Below the pieces are notes generated by a model that saw only the letters and a program-made list of their open reading frames with translations, ran no database searches and was not told where the DNA came from. Both the position numbers and the translations under genes were made by a program. Source: an archaeon (GTDB lineage: Archaea; Micrarchaeota; Micrarchaeia; Norongarragalinales; UBA97). From it: a DNA stretch of 64,000 nt. Positions 36,776-45,910 of this stretch are shown in pieces. Location: assembly GCA_020057405.1 (NCBI GenBank), contig JAGVFW010000013.1, positions 64,001 to 128,000 on the forward strand, given 5' to 3'. Every line of letters begins with the position of its first letter. Position 1 is the first letter of the stretch.

Positions 36776-38013
36776 AGCCCGCCACTCCCAAAAACCCTCT
36801 TCACTTTCTTTAACGAGGCAATAAAGTAATCAACCTCATCCAAAGAATTGTAAACATAAGGCGACGCCCGCGCAGTAGCCGCAACTCCAAGCGCCCGCAT
36901 CAAAGGCATTGCACAATGATGCCCCGACCGAATCGCGACCCCCTCGCCATCCAAAACCGAGGCAACATCGTGACCGTGAACGCCAGGCAAGTTAAAGGAA
37001 ACCACGCCAGCCCGCTCGTGCACATCACTCGGGCCAAAAACAACTGCGCCAAGCGAGTCAAGCGACTCGAGCATCAAGGCTAGAAGCTGCTTCTCGTGCT
37101 CGCGCACCGCGCCAAGCCCGCCAATTTCAGACAAGTAGTCAAGGGCAACCCCAAAAGCAATCGCGTCACCGACATTCCCAGTACCGGCCTCAAACTTTAG
37201 CGGCGGCTCGACAAAAGTGGAGGACTCAAAACTAACTTCGCGAATCATCTCCCCACCGTAGTTAAACGGACGCATCGAATCAAGCAACTCGCGCTTGCCC
37301 CAAAGCACCCCGACGCCCATTGGCCCAAGCATCTTGTGCGAACTAAATGCCAGAAAATCACAGCCGAGAGAAGAAACGTCAACAGGCAAGTGCGGCGCGC
37401 TTTGCGCAGCGTCCACCACAACAAGCGCACCGGCTTCGTGCGCGCGCCGGCTAATCGCCGCAACGTCATTAATCGTGCCAAGAACATTCGAAGCGTGCGT
37501 AACCGACACGAGCTTCGCACACGAAAGAAGAGAATCAAGCGACGCGAGGTCAAGACGGCCTTCCGGAGTAATCGGAATAAAGCGCAACACTGCACCAGTC
37601 TGGCCCGCGACGAACTGCCACGGCACGATATTGCTATGGTGCTCCATCTGCGACAAGACGATGACATCGCCCTTGCGCAGGTTGGCCAAAGCCCACGAGT
37701 AGGCAATCAAGTTAAGCGATTCGGTCGTACCGCGGGTAAACACCGTCTCGCGCGCAGACGCGCCAATGAAAGCCGCAGCCTTCTTGCGCGCCGACTCATA
37801 CGCATCCGTCGCCTCTGCAGAGAGCGCATGCAGCCCGCGGTGAGCGTTGGCGTTATAGCTACGGTAGTAATCCGAAAGCGCCTCAATCACTTGCACGGGT
37901 TTTTGAGTTGTCGCGGCATTATCTAGGTAAACGAGGGACTTGCCGTTAGGCAGCTTGCGCGAAAGAATCGGAAAATCTGCGCGAACGCGCGGCACGTCAA
38001 TCAAGCCAACCAC
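36772..38013 (-). CDS. sufS: Cysteine desulfurase SufS
   Basis: YLDNAATTQKP, SSHKMLGP and RSGHHCA. Confidence 0.95.
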   Translation of the reverse strand: MVGLIDVPRVRADFPILSRKLPNGKSLVYLDNAATTQKPVQVIEALSDYYRSYNANAHRGLHALSAEATDAYESARKKAAAFIGASARETVFTRGTTESLNLIAYSWALANLRKGDVIVLSQMEHHSNIVPWQFVAGQTGAVLRFIPITPEGRLDLASLDSLLSCAKLVSVTHASNVLGTINDVAAISRRAHEAGALVVVDAAQSAPHLPVDVSSLGCDFLAFSSHKMLGPMGVGVLWGKRELLDSMRPFNYGGEMIREVSFESSTFVEPPLKFEAGTGNVGDAIAFGVALDYLSEIGGLGAVREHEKQLLALMLESLDSLGAVVFGPSDVHERAGVVSFNLPGVHGHDVASVLDGEGVAIRSGHHCAMPLMRALGVAATARASPYVYNSLDEVDYFIASLKKVKRVFGSGGL

Positions 38014-39101
38014 TTCCTCGCGATTTCAGCCTCAATCGGCGCCAATGCCTGCGCAACACCCGCGCGCTCGGCAACCGACTCAAGAAAAGAAGAGGCGAGC
38101 GTCTTTTTCGCCTCGGGCTTAGGAATACCGCGGCTCGCCAGGTAAAAAAGAGAATCATCATCGGCGTGCGTGACCGACGAAGAGTGCGTCGCGCGCACGT
38201 CCGCCTCCTCAATCTCAAGAGTCGGCATCGCGTCAGCCCGCGCGCCCGGATTTAGCAGAAGCGCGTTTTGCGAAAGATAGGCGTCAGCATGCTTAGCGCC
38301 CTTGTCAATGCGAATGTTACCCCAAAAAACCGCGCGGCCGGAATCACGCAACACCGCGCGCATCACCGAACTCCCCTTGGTTAAAACCGCGCGGTGGTGC
38401 AGGTTGCTCGCCAAGTCAAAGTGCTGGGTGCCCGAAGCGAAAGCCAGGGAATTGTCGCGAGACGAGCTGCCCGCGCCCTCAAGCACCGCCTCAGAAAGCG
38501 ACTTGCAAAGCGAAGCGCCAAAAACGGCAGTAAGAGAAGTGACTGACGCGCCGGGACCGGCGAAAAAGCGGCGCTGAGAAAGGGAAATCGCGGCAGGAGC
38601 TGACGCGAGCAAAGTCGAGTAGTGAAGAACCGCGTTTTCTCCAAGAAAAACCTCGGACGAGACTACGTGACTAGAGTTGAGCCGGTTTTCCTCAAGCACG
38701 CGAACCGCTGCGCCAACGCCAATGGAATAGAGCGTGAAGAACGTCGAAAGCTTGGCGCCGTCGCTTGAGGCGGGATAAGACAAGCGAATGGTGGCGGTCG
38801 CACCTGCGGGAACAACAACCAGAGAACCCGCAGCCGTCGCCTTGGCTAGCTCAAAGTATTTCGCAGACGACGCCGACATGGGCTGCGCCAAAAGCTTCTC
38901 AAGCAATGGCGCGGCGCGCGCGTCCGAAAGAGGCAAAACCTCGCAGCCATCTGCTTCAAGAGCCGCGCCCTGAACCGCCGAAAGCTTTAGGACGTCAAGC
39001 CCTGTGCGCGAAAGGTCGGTGTAATGGTTCTTCTCAAGCGCAGCGGCTACACTAGAGGAAAGAAAGCGCTTGCGCGCCGAGGAAAGAAAATCGCCGGCCA
39101 T
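38001..39101 (-). CDS. sufD: Fe-S assembly protein SufD
   Basis: PTLEI...VRATHSS...LFYLASRGI. Confidence 0.85.
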   Translation of the reverse strand: MAGDFLSSARKRFLSSSVAAALEKNHYTDLSRTGLDVLKLSAVQGAALEADGCEVLPLSDARAAPLLEKLLAQPMSASSAKYFELAKATAAGSLVVVPAGATATIRLSYPASSDGAKLSTFFTLYSIGVGAAVRVLEENRLNSSHVVSSEVFLGENAVLHYSTLLASAPAAISLSQRRFFAGPGASVTSLTAVFGASLCKSLSEAVLEGAGSSSRDNSLAFASGTQHFDLASNLHHRAVLTKGSSVMRAVLRDSGRAVFWGNIRIDKGAKHADAYLSQNALLLNPGARADAMPTLEIEEADVRATHSSSVTHADDDSLFYLASRGIPKPEAKKTLASSFLESVAERAGVAQALAPIEAEIARKWLA

Positions 39102-39106
39102 GGAAA

Positions 39107-40513
39107 TCAGCCCACCGACCCGGACATGTCAAGCTCGACTAGCCGGTTTAACTCGATTGCGTACTCCATGGGCAGGCGCTTGCTGAAGTCCTCGATAAAG
39201 CCAAGGACTATGAGGGCGAGCGCCTCGCTTTCGGTAAGCCCGCGGCTCATAAGATAGTAAAGTTGCTCCTCGCCAATCTTGCCAACAGTCGCCTCGTGGC
39301 CGACACTGACCTGCTCTTCCTCAACTTCCATATACGGATACGTGTCACTGCGCGAAATCTCGTCAAGCAAAAGCGCGTCACACCGCACGCTCGACTTAAC
39401 TCCGGTGCAGCCCTTCGCAACTTTAAGCAGGCCACGGTAGCTCGTGCGGCCGCCATCTTTTGAAACTGACTTCGAGGTAATAACCGAGGTCGTCCTAGGC
39501 GCTAGGTGAATGACTTTGCCGCCCGAATCCTGCTGCTGCCCCTTGCCCGCATAAGCAAGCGAAAGAATCTCCGCCCGCGCACCCTCGCCCATCAAGTAAA
39601 TCGACGGATACTTCATCGTCACGCGGCTGCCGATATTGCAGTCAAGCCAAAAAACGTCCGAATTCGCGTAAGCAAACGCCCTCTTCGTCACGAGATTGTA
39701 GACATTGTTCGACCAATTCTGGATAGTGGTGTACTGCACCTTAGAACCAGGCAGGGCGACTATCTCGACAACTGCAGAATGGAGCGACGCGGCCGAGTAA
39801 ACCGGCGCCGAACACCCTTCAACGTAATGCACTGAACTCCCTTCTTCCGCGATTATCAGCGTGCGCTCAAACTGCCCGACATTGGAGGCGTTGATGCGGA
39901 AGTACGCCTGCAGCGGCAAGTCCACACGCACGCCCTTCGGAACGTAAACAAAACTGCCGCCAGACCAAACAGCAGTGTTAAGCGCCGAGAACTTGTTGTC
40001 CCGATAGGGAATAATCTTTCCGAAGTACTTGCGCACAAGTTCCGGATGCGTCTGCACCGCCGTCTCTACGTCACTGAAGATGACCCCCTTCGCCTCAAGG
40101 TCGGCGCGAAGAGAATGGTAAATATTTTCAGACTCGAACTGAGCGCCAACGCCGGCAAGAAACTTCTGCTCCGCCTCAGGGATGCCGAGCTTCTCAAATG
40201 TCTTCTTGTACTCGTCGGGAACCATATCCCAAGTCTTGGCATTGTGCACATCAGTCGGGTTCACATAATAGTGGAGGTCGTCAAAGTCGATGCCGCTTAA
40301 GTCCGCCCCCCAAGTAGGCATCGCCCGCTTGTTGAAGTGGTCAAGCGCCTCAAGCCGCATCGCAAGCATCCACTCCGGCTCGTGCTTCTGCGCCGAAATC
40401 GTGCGCACTAACTCTTCCGACAGGCCCTTTTCGGACTTGAAAGCATAGCCTTTCTCCGACGAATGGAAATCGAACTGCCTATAGTCGAACTCGAGGCGCA
40501 TAGGCGCTTGCAT
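39107..40513 (-). CDS. sufB: Fe-S assembly protein SufB
   Basis: GQFERTLI, YVEGCSAP, RCDALL and HEATVGKI. Confidence 0.95.
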   Translation of the reverse strand: MQAPMRLEFDYRQFDFHSSEKGYAFKSEKGLSEELVRTISAQKHEPEWMLAMRLEALDHFNKRAMPTWGADLSGIDFDDLHYYVNPTDVHNAKTWDMVPDEYKKTFEKLGIPEAEQKFLAGVGAQFESENIYHSLRADLEAKGVIFSDVETAVQTHPELVRKYFGKIIPYRDNKFSALNTAVWSGGSFVYVPKGVRVDLPLQAYFRINASNVGQFERTLIIAEEGSSVHYVEGCSAPVYSAASLHSAVVEIVALPGSKVQYTTIQNWSNNVYNLVTKRAFAYANSDVFWLDCNIGSRVTMKYPSIYLMGEGARAEILSLAYAGKGQQQDSGGKVIHLAPRTTSVITSKSVSKDGGRTSYRGLLKVAKGCTGVKSSVRCDALLLDEISRSDTYPYMEVEEEQVSVGHEATVGKIGEEQLYYLMSRGLTESEALALIVLGFIEDFSKRLPMEYAIELNRLVELDMSGSVG

Positions 40514-40514
40514 T

Positions 40515-41360
40515 TTAGCCGCCCCCTACCGACGGAACGCGGTCCGCCTTTTCCTTGTTCAACTTGATGAGCGAAGTATAGAACTCGTCCTTCCCGACGC
40601 CCTTTTCCTCGACTCGCGGAGAAAGCTTGGCGAGCGCCTCATATCCCTCGGCCTCAATTTCACTCGCGAGCTCCGGCCCCCCACTCTTCACAATGCGGCC
40701 ATCAAGCATGACGTGAACGAAATCAGGCTCGATGAACTCTAGAACGCGCTTGTAGTGAGTCATTAGAATGACCGCGCCGTTATTCTCGCGCTGCCAGCGA
40801 TTGACTTCGGCCGAGGCCGTCTTGACTGAATCAACGTCAAGACCCGAATCGATTTCGTCAAGAAGCGCGAGTGACGGGCGAAGCAAGTTTAGCTGAAGCA
40901 CTTCCGACCGTTTCTTCTCCCCACCAGACAGGCCGCGGTTGACGTCGCGATCCTCAAAGTCGGCAGGCAAATGCAAGTCCGCCGCGCGGGACGCGACCGT
41001 CTTTCGGAATTCAAGCACAGTCGGCTTCTCCCCGCGAACCGCCTCGACCGCGCGCTTAAGAAAAGTGTGGAATTTTAGGCCCTGAATCTCAATGGGATGC
41101 TGAAACGCGATGAAGACGCCCTTTCGCGCACGCTCATCTGGAGAGAGGGAAAGCAATTCCTCGCCCTTAAAGAGAAGCTGGCCAGTGGTAACGACTGCCA
41201 CGGGACTCCCCGCAAGAACGTTGCCAAGCGTGCTCTTCCCGCTGCCGTTGGGGCCCATAATCGCATGCACTTCCCCCGCGTTGACCGAGAGGGTAATGCC
41301 CTTGAGAATGGACTTGCCGCCGATGCTGGCGTGAAGGTCCTTGATTTCAAGCAAAGCCAT
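40515..41360 (-). CDS. sufC: Fe-S assembly ATPase SufC
   Basis: GPNGSGKST, LSGGEKKR and LDEIDSGLD. Confidence 0.95.
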   Translation of the reverse strand: MALLEIKDLHASIGGKSILKGITLSVNAGEVHAIMGPNGSGKSTLGNVLAGSPVAVVTTGQLLFKGEELLSLSPDERARKGVFIAFQHPIEIQGLKFHTFLKRAVEAVRGEKPTVLEFRKTVASRAADLHLPADFEDRDVNRGLSGGEKKRSEVLQLNLLRPSLALLDEIDSGLDVDSVKTASAEVNRWQRENNGAVILMTHYKRVLEFIEPDFVHVMLDGRIVKSGGPELASEIEAEGYEALAKLSPRVEEKGVGKDEFYTSLIKLNKEKADRVPSVGGG

Positions 41361-41366
41361 TTTCAA

Positions 41367-41738
41367 TCACTTTACGTCACAATCCGCGTTGAGGCGGATG
41401 GACCCCTGGCGCAACGGCGCTTCATCCATGCCCCCGGCGCGAAGCTCGCGGCAGCACGTACACACAGTAGAAGAGGAAACCAAGTCAATTGGCTTCCGAT
41501 CTGCAATGCCATCAGCAGCAACCCGCGCAGCCTCAATAACCGAAGGCAACGAAATGGCCCCCTTCACATCCGCACCGTACTTGCCAGCAAGATACTTGCT
41601 AACCGCCGCCTGCGTAAGGCCAAGCGCCCCGGCTATTTCCATTTGCGAAAAGCCGTACTTTTCCGAAAGAATGCGGGCTGTTCGGGCCTTGACGGCCGGA
41701 ACAAAACGCTTAAGCGTAACCTCACAAGGAAATATCAT
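41367..41738 (-). CDS. HTH transcriptional regulator with Cys cluster (COG2522-like), first gene of the SUF operon
   Basis: PCE...SQMEIAGALGLTQAAVSKYL...CTCC...C. Confidence 0.8.
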   Translation of the reverse strand: MIFPCEVTLKRFVPAVKARTARILSEKYGFSQMEIAGALGLTQAAVSKYLAGKYGADVKGAISLPSVIEAARVAADGIADRKPIDLVSSSTVCTCCRELRAGGMDEAPLRQGSIRLNADCDVK

Positions 41739-41810
41739 GCTTTCACCCTCCCATCTAACTAGTAGAATAAGGGCGGACGAGCCTTATAATTATTACTGAG
41801 TTATAGGTCG

Positions 41811-42737
41811 GTGGGCTTGCAGGCAACTATCATCGGGGCAGGAAGGACAGGCAGCAGAATAGCTGCCGCACTGGCAAAAACCAGCCTGACGCTGACGATA
41901 ATCGACCGCGACTGCCTGGAAGAAAGCGACCTGACCGACAGCCCCGTTTACGGCCGCGCCGACTTGGGCAAAATGAAGGCCGAGGCGCTCGCAAAACACG
42001 TTGGCGCATACGGAACTCCGATTTGCGAACACTTGTGCGCACAAAACATCGACGAACTGCTTGAAGGCACCCGAATCGTGCTTGACGCTACCGACAACTG
42101 GCACGCCCGCGCGCTAGTCAACGAATGGTGCTGGAAAACCAAAACCCCATGGATCTACTCGGGCGCCCTGGCCGCAAAAGCCATGGCTAGCGCCATCACC
42201 CCACCCCAAAAACCATGCTGGCTTTGTTGGAATGCGATTGAACCCACCCAAGTGCTAAGCTGCAGCACGAGCGGCATCGACGGACGCGCGGCAGACGCGG
42301 CCGCGCAAAAGGCGGTCGAACAAGCGCAAGCGATTGCGCAAGAAAAACGGCCAGAGCTGGCGGGAAAACTGTTTTTCGCCGATGTCGGAAAAAAAGTGGA
42401 GACGCAAACCCCCCTTGTCGCAAACCCGGAATGCCCGGTCTGCGCAAAGGGCAAGCTTCCGCTGCTTAACGGAACGGAAACGGCGCAACTCGTGTGTGGA
42501 AGCGGGCAATGGCTCTTTCTGAATGTGGGCCTGAAGGAAAAAGTTAGGCACTACACCGTACAAGCGCTCGCGGCGAAACTTGGCCGCGGGGCAACGGCAA
42601 TTGAAAGCGTGGTGCAAATAACGCGGGAAAAAGCAAGCGCCATCGTTTTTCCCGGCGGACGCGCCACAATAAGGGCAAAGGACGAGCCTGCCGCACGCAA
42701 GCTCAACGACGAGATTGCCGAGCGCCTCTCCGCGTAA
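41811..42737 (+). CDS. ThiF/MoeB/E1-like adenylyltransferase
   Basis: IIGAGRTG, IDRD, DATDN, CWLC and CPVC. Confidence 0.85.
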   Translation: MGLQATIIGAGRTGSRIAAALAKTSLTLTIIDRDCLEESDLTDSPVYGRADLGKMKAEALAKHVGAYGTPICEHLCAQNIDELLEGTRIVLDATDNWHARALVNEWCWKTKTPWIYSGALAAKAMASAITPPQKPCWLCWNAIEPTQVLSCSTSGIDGRAADAAAQKAVEQAQAIAQEKRPELAGKLFFADVGKKVETQTPLVANPECPVCAKGKLPLLNGTETAQLVCGSGQWLFLNVGLKEKVRHYTVQALAAKLGRGATAIESVVQITREKASAIVFPGGRATIRAKDEPAARKLNDEIAERLSA

Positions 42738-42784
42738 GCGGCCGCGATTGCCTTTAATACTTTTCAGGCACCTAATTCTTGCGC

Positions 42785-42895
42785 GCAGGGTTGGCGGAAC
42801 GGCTACGCATCCGACTGCAGACTCTTGAAAAACCGGCAAATGGTTTGGCAAGCGGCGTAAATCGGATTAAGCGAGTTCAACTCTCGCACCCTGCT
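42785..42895 (+). tRNA. tRNA-Cys(GCA) with a canonical 37/38 intron (about 42821-42860)
   Basis: GCAGGGT/ACCCTGC acceptor stem, TCCGA-CTGCAG...A-TCGGA anticodon arm and GCGAG-TTCAACT-CTCGC T arm. Confidence 0.88.
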
Positions 42896-42896
42896 C

Positions 42897-43688
42897 TCAC
42901 TTCTTCACTAACCTGCGGCGCACGCGACCAACAAGCGAAAACACCTCATCACTGCCGGCGTCAACGAGGTCCGGCCGACGAAGGACTAGATACGCCATGC
43001 CGACTAGCGCCCCAAACAAGTGAACCGCCACGTCAGACACCGCCCCCGCCTCACGTAAAACCCCCGAGTCAATCAACGCGCGCTGCTCGACGACAGCGCG
43101 AAGCGAATTGTTCGCCGCCGCGGCCTCAACCGACTTGTTATCCAACACTAGCTGGGTTACCTGCGCCGAAAGATTCGCCTGCTGAGTCTCAAGTCCCGTC
43201 CGCTGCACTGAGACGCCCGCGTCAACGGCTGGAAAGACCACAAACTGCACCAAGAGCGGAAGCGCAAGCAAAAGAACAACCGCCAACTTCGGCCGCGCAA
43301 GGGCCGAAGCACCAATGAGCCCGGCGACCCCGCCACTGGCACCCGCAAGCGCAATCGACGGGTTAAGTAAGGAAAAACCGATGCTTGCGGCAACACCAGA
43401 AAGGAAAAACACGGCCAAAACCGCGCCCACGCCTGCAGAGTACTCAAGCACCGCGGCGAAAAGTACTAAAGGCACAAGATTGCCAAGCAAGTGCCTCGTG
43501 CCAAGATGCGCAAACAAGTGAAGCACGAGATTTGCGGCAGGATTAGAGGAATAGAACGAAAGCGATAAGAGCTCGCCCTGTGGAATGAAAAGCCGCCCCC
43601 CACTAAAGTGCAGGTAAACTAAGACTATGGCCGCGGCAAGCGCGATTGTCGCTACGGGAAACCGCTTCACTAAAAGAGTTGAACGCAA
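42897..43688 (-). CDS. Rhomboid family intramembrane serine protease
   Basis: HLFAH...HLLGN, GASG and AVHLFG. Confidence 0.88.
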   Translation of the reverse strand: MRSTLLVKRFPVATIALAAAIVLVYLHFSGGRLFIPQGELLSLSFYSSNPAANLVLHLFAHLGTRHLLGNLVPLVLFAAVLEYSAGVGAVLAVFFLSGVAASIGFSLLNPSIALAGASGGVAGLIGASALARPKLAVVLLLALPLLVQFVVFPAVDAGVSVQRTGLETQQANLSAQVTQLVLDNKSVEAAAANNSLRAVVEQRALIDSGVLREAGAVSDVAVHLFGALVGMAYLVLRRPDLVDAGSDEVFSLVGRVRRRLVKK

Positions 43689-43947
43689 GGAAATAAAATG
43701 AGGGCAGACTGCAAGCTAAGAGCAGTAAAAGAACCGGCCGCGGAGAGAATTAGGCACTTTTCAGTGCGGGTGCGACCAGTTCAACCCACCTTCACAGAAT
43801 CCGCAGAATCATTACGGAAAGGATGTTAAAAAGGGTTGCGCACCACTGGGGGCGGGTGAAAAAAAGAGCGTTTTGAAGAACCTTTTGAGGAGCGGGAAGC
43901 GAGCCGCCATCGGGGCGGGGGTCTCACAGCGACGAAAAAAGGTTCAG

Positions 43948-44066
43948 CGGGCGCGGAGGGATTCGGACCCTCGGCCTGCCGCACTTAGCTCACTAGCTGC
44001 TAAAACAACGCTCACTAGGGTCGCTGTTAAGAGCCGGCCGCTCTAACCAAACTGAGCTACGCGCCC
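43948..44066 (-). tRNA. tRNA-Lys(CTT) with a non-canonical intron (43982-44025, position 39/40)
   Basis: GGGCGCG acceptor stem, GCTC/GAGC D stem and GCCGG-CTCTTAA-C^CGGC anticodon arm; a BHB motif defines the splice sites. Confidence 0.85.
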
Positions 44067-44103
44067 AAACTGAATAATAAACTGTGGTGAGCGTAGTTTT
44101 AAT

Positions 44104-44625
44104 ATGATTACTGTACTGAGGCTCGGCCACCGCGCAGGCCGGGACGTCCGAATTACCACCCACTGCGCCCTAGTCAGCCGCGCCCTCGGCGCCGGCGAAT
44201 GCGCAATCGCCGGGGACGCGTGCGAAGAAATCGTCGACAGCGTCGCAAAAGTCGTTGCCGCCTGGGGCGGCAACTTTGCCGCACGCTCTGAAAAAAACTG
44301 GCGAAAGTACTTGCGCAACTTCAAGGGCGTCAAAGTGCACCTCACGATGTACGGAATGCCCGTTCAGGAAAAAATAGCGGCTGTGCGCAAGGCCGCGCGC
44401 GGGCACGACCTCCTCGTCGTCATCGGAGCCGAGCACGTGCCGGGTGAAGTCTACGGCGAATGCGACTACAACATCGCGGTAACCAACCAGCCGCACAGCG
44501 AAGTCGCCGCCCTCGCCATTTTCTTGCACGAACTTGGTGTGGGAAAGGAACTGGACGCGAAATTTGCAGGCGCGCGAGTGAAAATAACGCCGAGCGAGCG
44601 GGGCAAAAACATAGAGAAGAAATAA
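44104..44625 (+). CDS. trm56: tRNA (cytidine56-2'-O)-methyltransferase
   Basis: VLRLGHR..RD.RITTH, HLTMYG and NQPHSEVAALA. Confidence 0.95.
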   Translation: MITVLRLGHRAGRDVRITTHCALVSRALGAGECAIAGDACEEIVDSVAKVVAAWGGNFAARSEKNWRKYLRNFKGVKVHLTMYGMPVQEKIAAVRKAARGHDLLVVIGAEHVPGEVYGECDYNIAVTNQPHSEVAALAIFLHELGVGKELDAKFAGARVKITPSERGKNIEKK

Positions 44626-44687
44626 ATACTGGCGGCGTATGGGTATTAACGTCCCAACACTTCCCGCGAAAAAGGTCGTAACAATCC

Positions 44688-45212
44688 ATGCCTAAAAAAA
44701 CCGCTTCTGACCACGTCTTTGAAGGATTCGTAAAAGACGTCGCAGGCGCGCCTGGACTCAAGGTTGTAAAGGGCCTGGGTAAGGAAGGCGGGACCGACGA
44801 GAAAATAGAACTGGCAAGCGGCCTCAAGCTGGCAGTAGTGCGCTCGCTGCTAAACCAGCTCAACTACCACGGCATCGTAGAATACACCCGCGAGAAGAAC
44901 ATGCAGAGCGGCTGGTTCACATACACGTGGAGAGTCAACAAGAGCCGCGCGATGCAGAACTTTCTTGTGAAGAAAAAAGTTGAGTACGAAGCACTAAGAA
45001 AACAAATCAACGCACAAGGCGAAGGCGCAGTCATCTACAACTGCCCTAAGGGCTGCGGCCGCGTGGCATTTGACAAGGCAATGGACACGCAATTCGCCTG
45101 CGGAAGCTGCAGCACCAAACTCAAGTTCGTCGAAGGCAGTAAAGAACTACGCGAACTCGAAACCCGCATCTCCGCGCTTGAGACCATCCTCGGGAAGCCC
45201 AACGTATTTTAA
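44688..45212 (+). CDS. tfe: Transcription factor E (TFIIE alpha)
   Basis: TDEKI...VRSLLNQL...SGWFTYTW wHTH plus a CPKGC...CGSC zinc ribbon. Confidence 0.9.
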   Translation: MPKKTASDHVFEGFVKDVAGAPGLKVVKGLGKEGGTDEKIELASGLKLAVVRSLLNQLNYHGIVEYTREKNMQSGWFTYTWRVNKSRAMQNFLVKKKVEYEALRKQINAQGEGAVIYNCPKGCGRVAFDKAMDTQFACGSCSTKLKFVEGSKELRELETRISALETILGKPNVF

Positions 45213-45250
45213 GCAGACCTCTGCGAAATAGTAATAACGACTGCTTCTAA

Positions 45251-45325
45251 AGCGGGGTAGGGTAGCCAGGAGTGCCCGCTGGGCTCATAACCCGGAGACC
45301 ACAGGTTCAAATCCTGTCCCCGCTA
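45251..45325 (+). tRNA. Initiator tRNA-Met(CAT)
   Basis: A1-U72 pair, GGG/CCC in the anticodon stem, CAT anticodon and TTCAAAT T-loop. Confidence 0.93.
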
Positions 45326-45508
45326 CCTACTTTTCTTCCGCTTAGCTTGGGGCTTGGTCCGTTTCTTGCGCGCGAAAACTTTGGCTGGCGGCTGCTGGCT
45401 TCCGAAGTACCTGAGCACTTTTTGCATCACACGGCCATTGACGCGCTTGCTCTCGACTAAGTAGTAGTAGAGGTTGCCCTTGATTTTCTTGCTGCGCACG
45501 AATGCCAT
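45323..45508 (-). CDS. 61-aa basic beta-sheet DNA-binding-like protein (resembles the IS1634 transposase N-terminus)
   Basis: MAFVRSKKIKGNLYYYLVESKRVNGRVMQKVLRYFG followed by a Lys/Arg-rich tail. Confidence 0.65.
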   Translation of the reverse strand: MAFVRSKKIKGNLYYYLVESKRVNGRVMQKVLRYFGSQQPPAKVFARKKRTKPQAKRKKSR

Positions 45509-45566
45509 GGAAAAAGTTAGGCACTACAGGAATAAAAAGCGCTCGCTGGAAAAAGTTAGGCACTAC
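45508..45566 (+). repeat. 20-bp direct repeat TGGAAAAAGTTAGGCACTAC (x2)
   Basis: Exact copies at 45508-45527 and 45547-45566. Confidence 0.85.
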
Positions 45567-45568
45567 GC

Positions 45569-45889
45569 TTACTTCTTCATGTACCGATAGCGCATCGCGG
45601 TGTAGGGCTTGGGCGCTTCGGGCTGGACTTCGGCTTCCGGCTCCTCGATAGTTGGCGCTTCGGAGACGATGATGATTTTCTCGGCCGCCTTGACGTTTTT
45701 GTAGAGTATTGTCTTTTCCCTGAAGAGCTTGGCGGCATCAAGTTTGTTCGACGCGTGAATCGGCTCTAGGGACAGTCGCGAGACTTCGCCCTTCTGCAAG
45801 TCGATGATGGCATCCTGTACCGTGCCGATTTTTTTTGCGCCGCCAGCCGTGTAAACAGCCATACCGATGAGTTCAGAAACCCGTTTCAT
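45569..45889 (-). CDS. PRC-barrel domain protein
   Basis: SELIGMAVYT..KIGTVQDAIID..GEV. Confidence 0.8.
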   Translation of the reverse strand: MKRVSELIGMAVYTAGGAKKIGTVQDAIIDLQKGEVSRLSLEPIHASNKLDAAKLFREKTILYKNVKAAEKIIIVSEAPTIEEPEAEVQPEAPKPYTAMRYRYMKK

Positions 45890-45910
45890 TACTATAACCA
45901 ACCCCTTGCT

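Noticed and set aside
42779-43318. 179-aa plus-strand ORF
   Set aside because: It overlaps tRNA-Cys and is antisense to the rhomboid gene; spurious.
45323-45508. Intact IS1634 transposon
   Set aside because: Only the N-terminal-like 61 aa are present; no DDE domain, terminal inverted repeats or target duplication.
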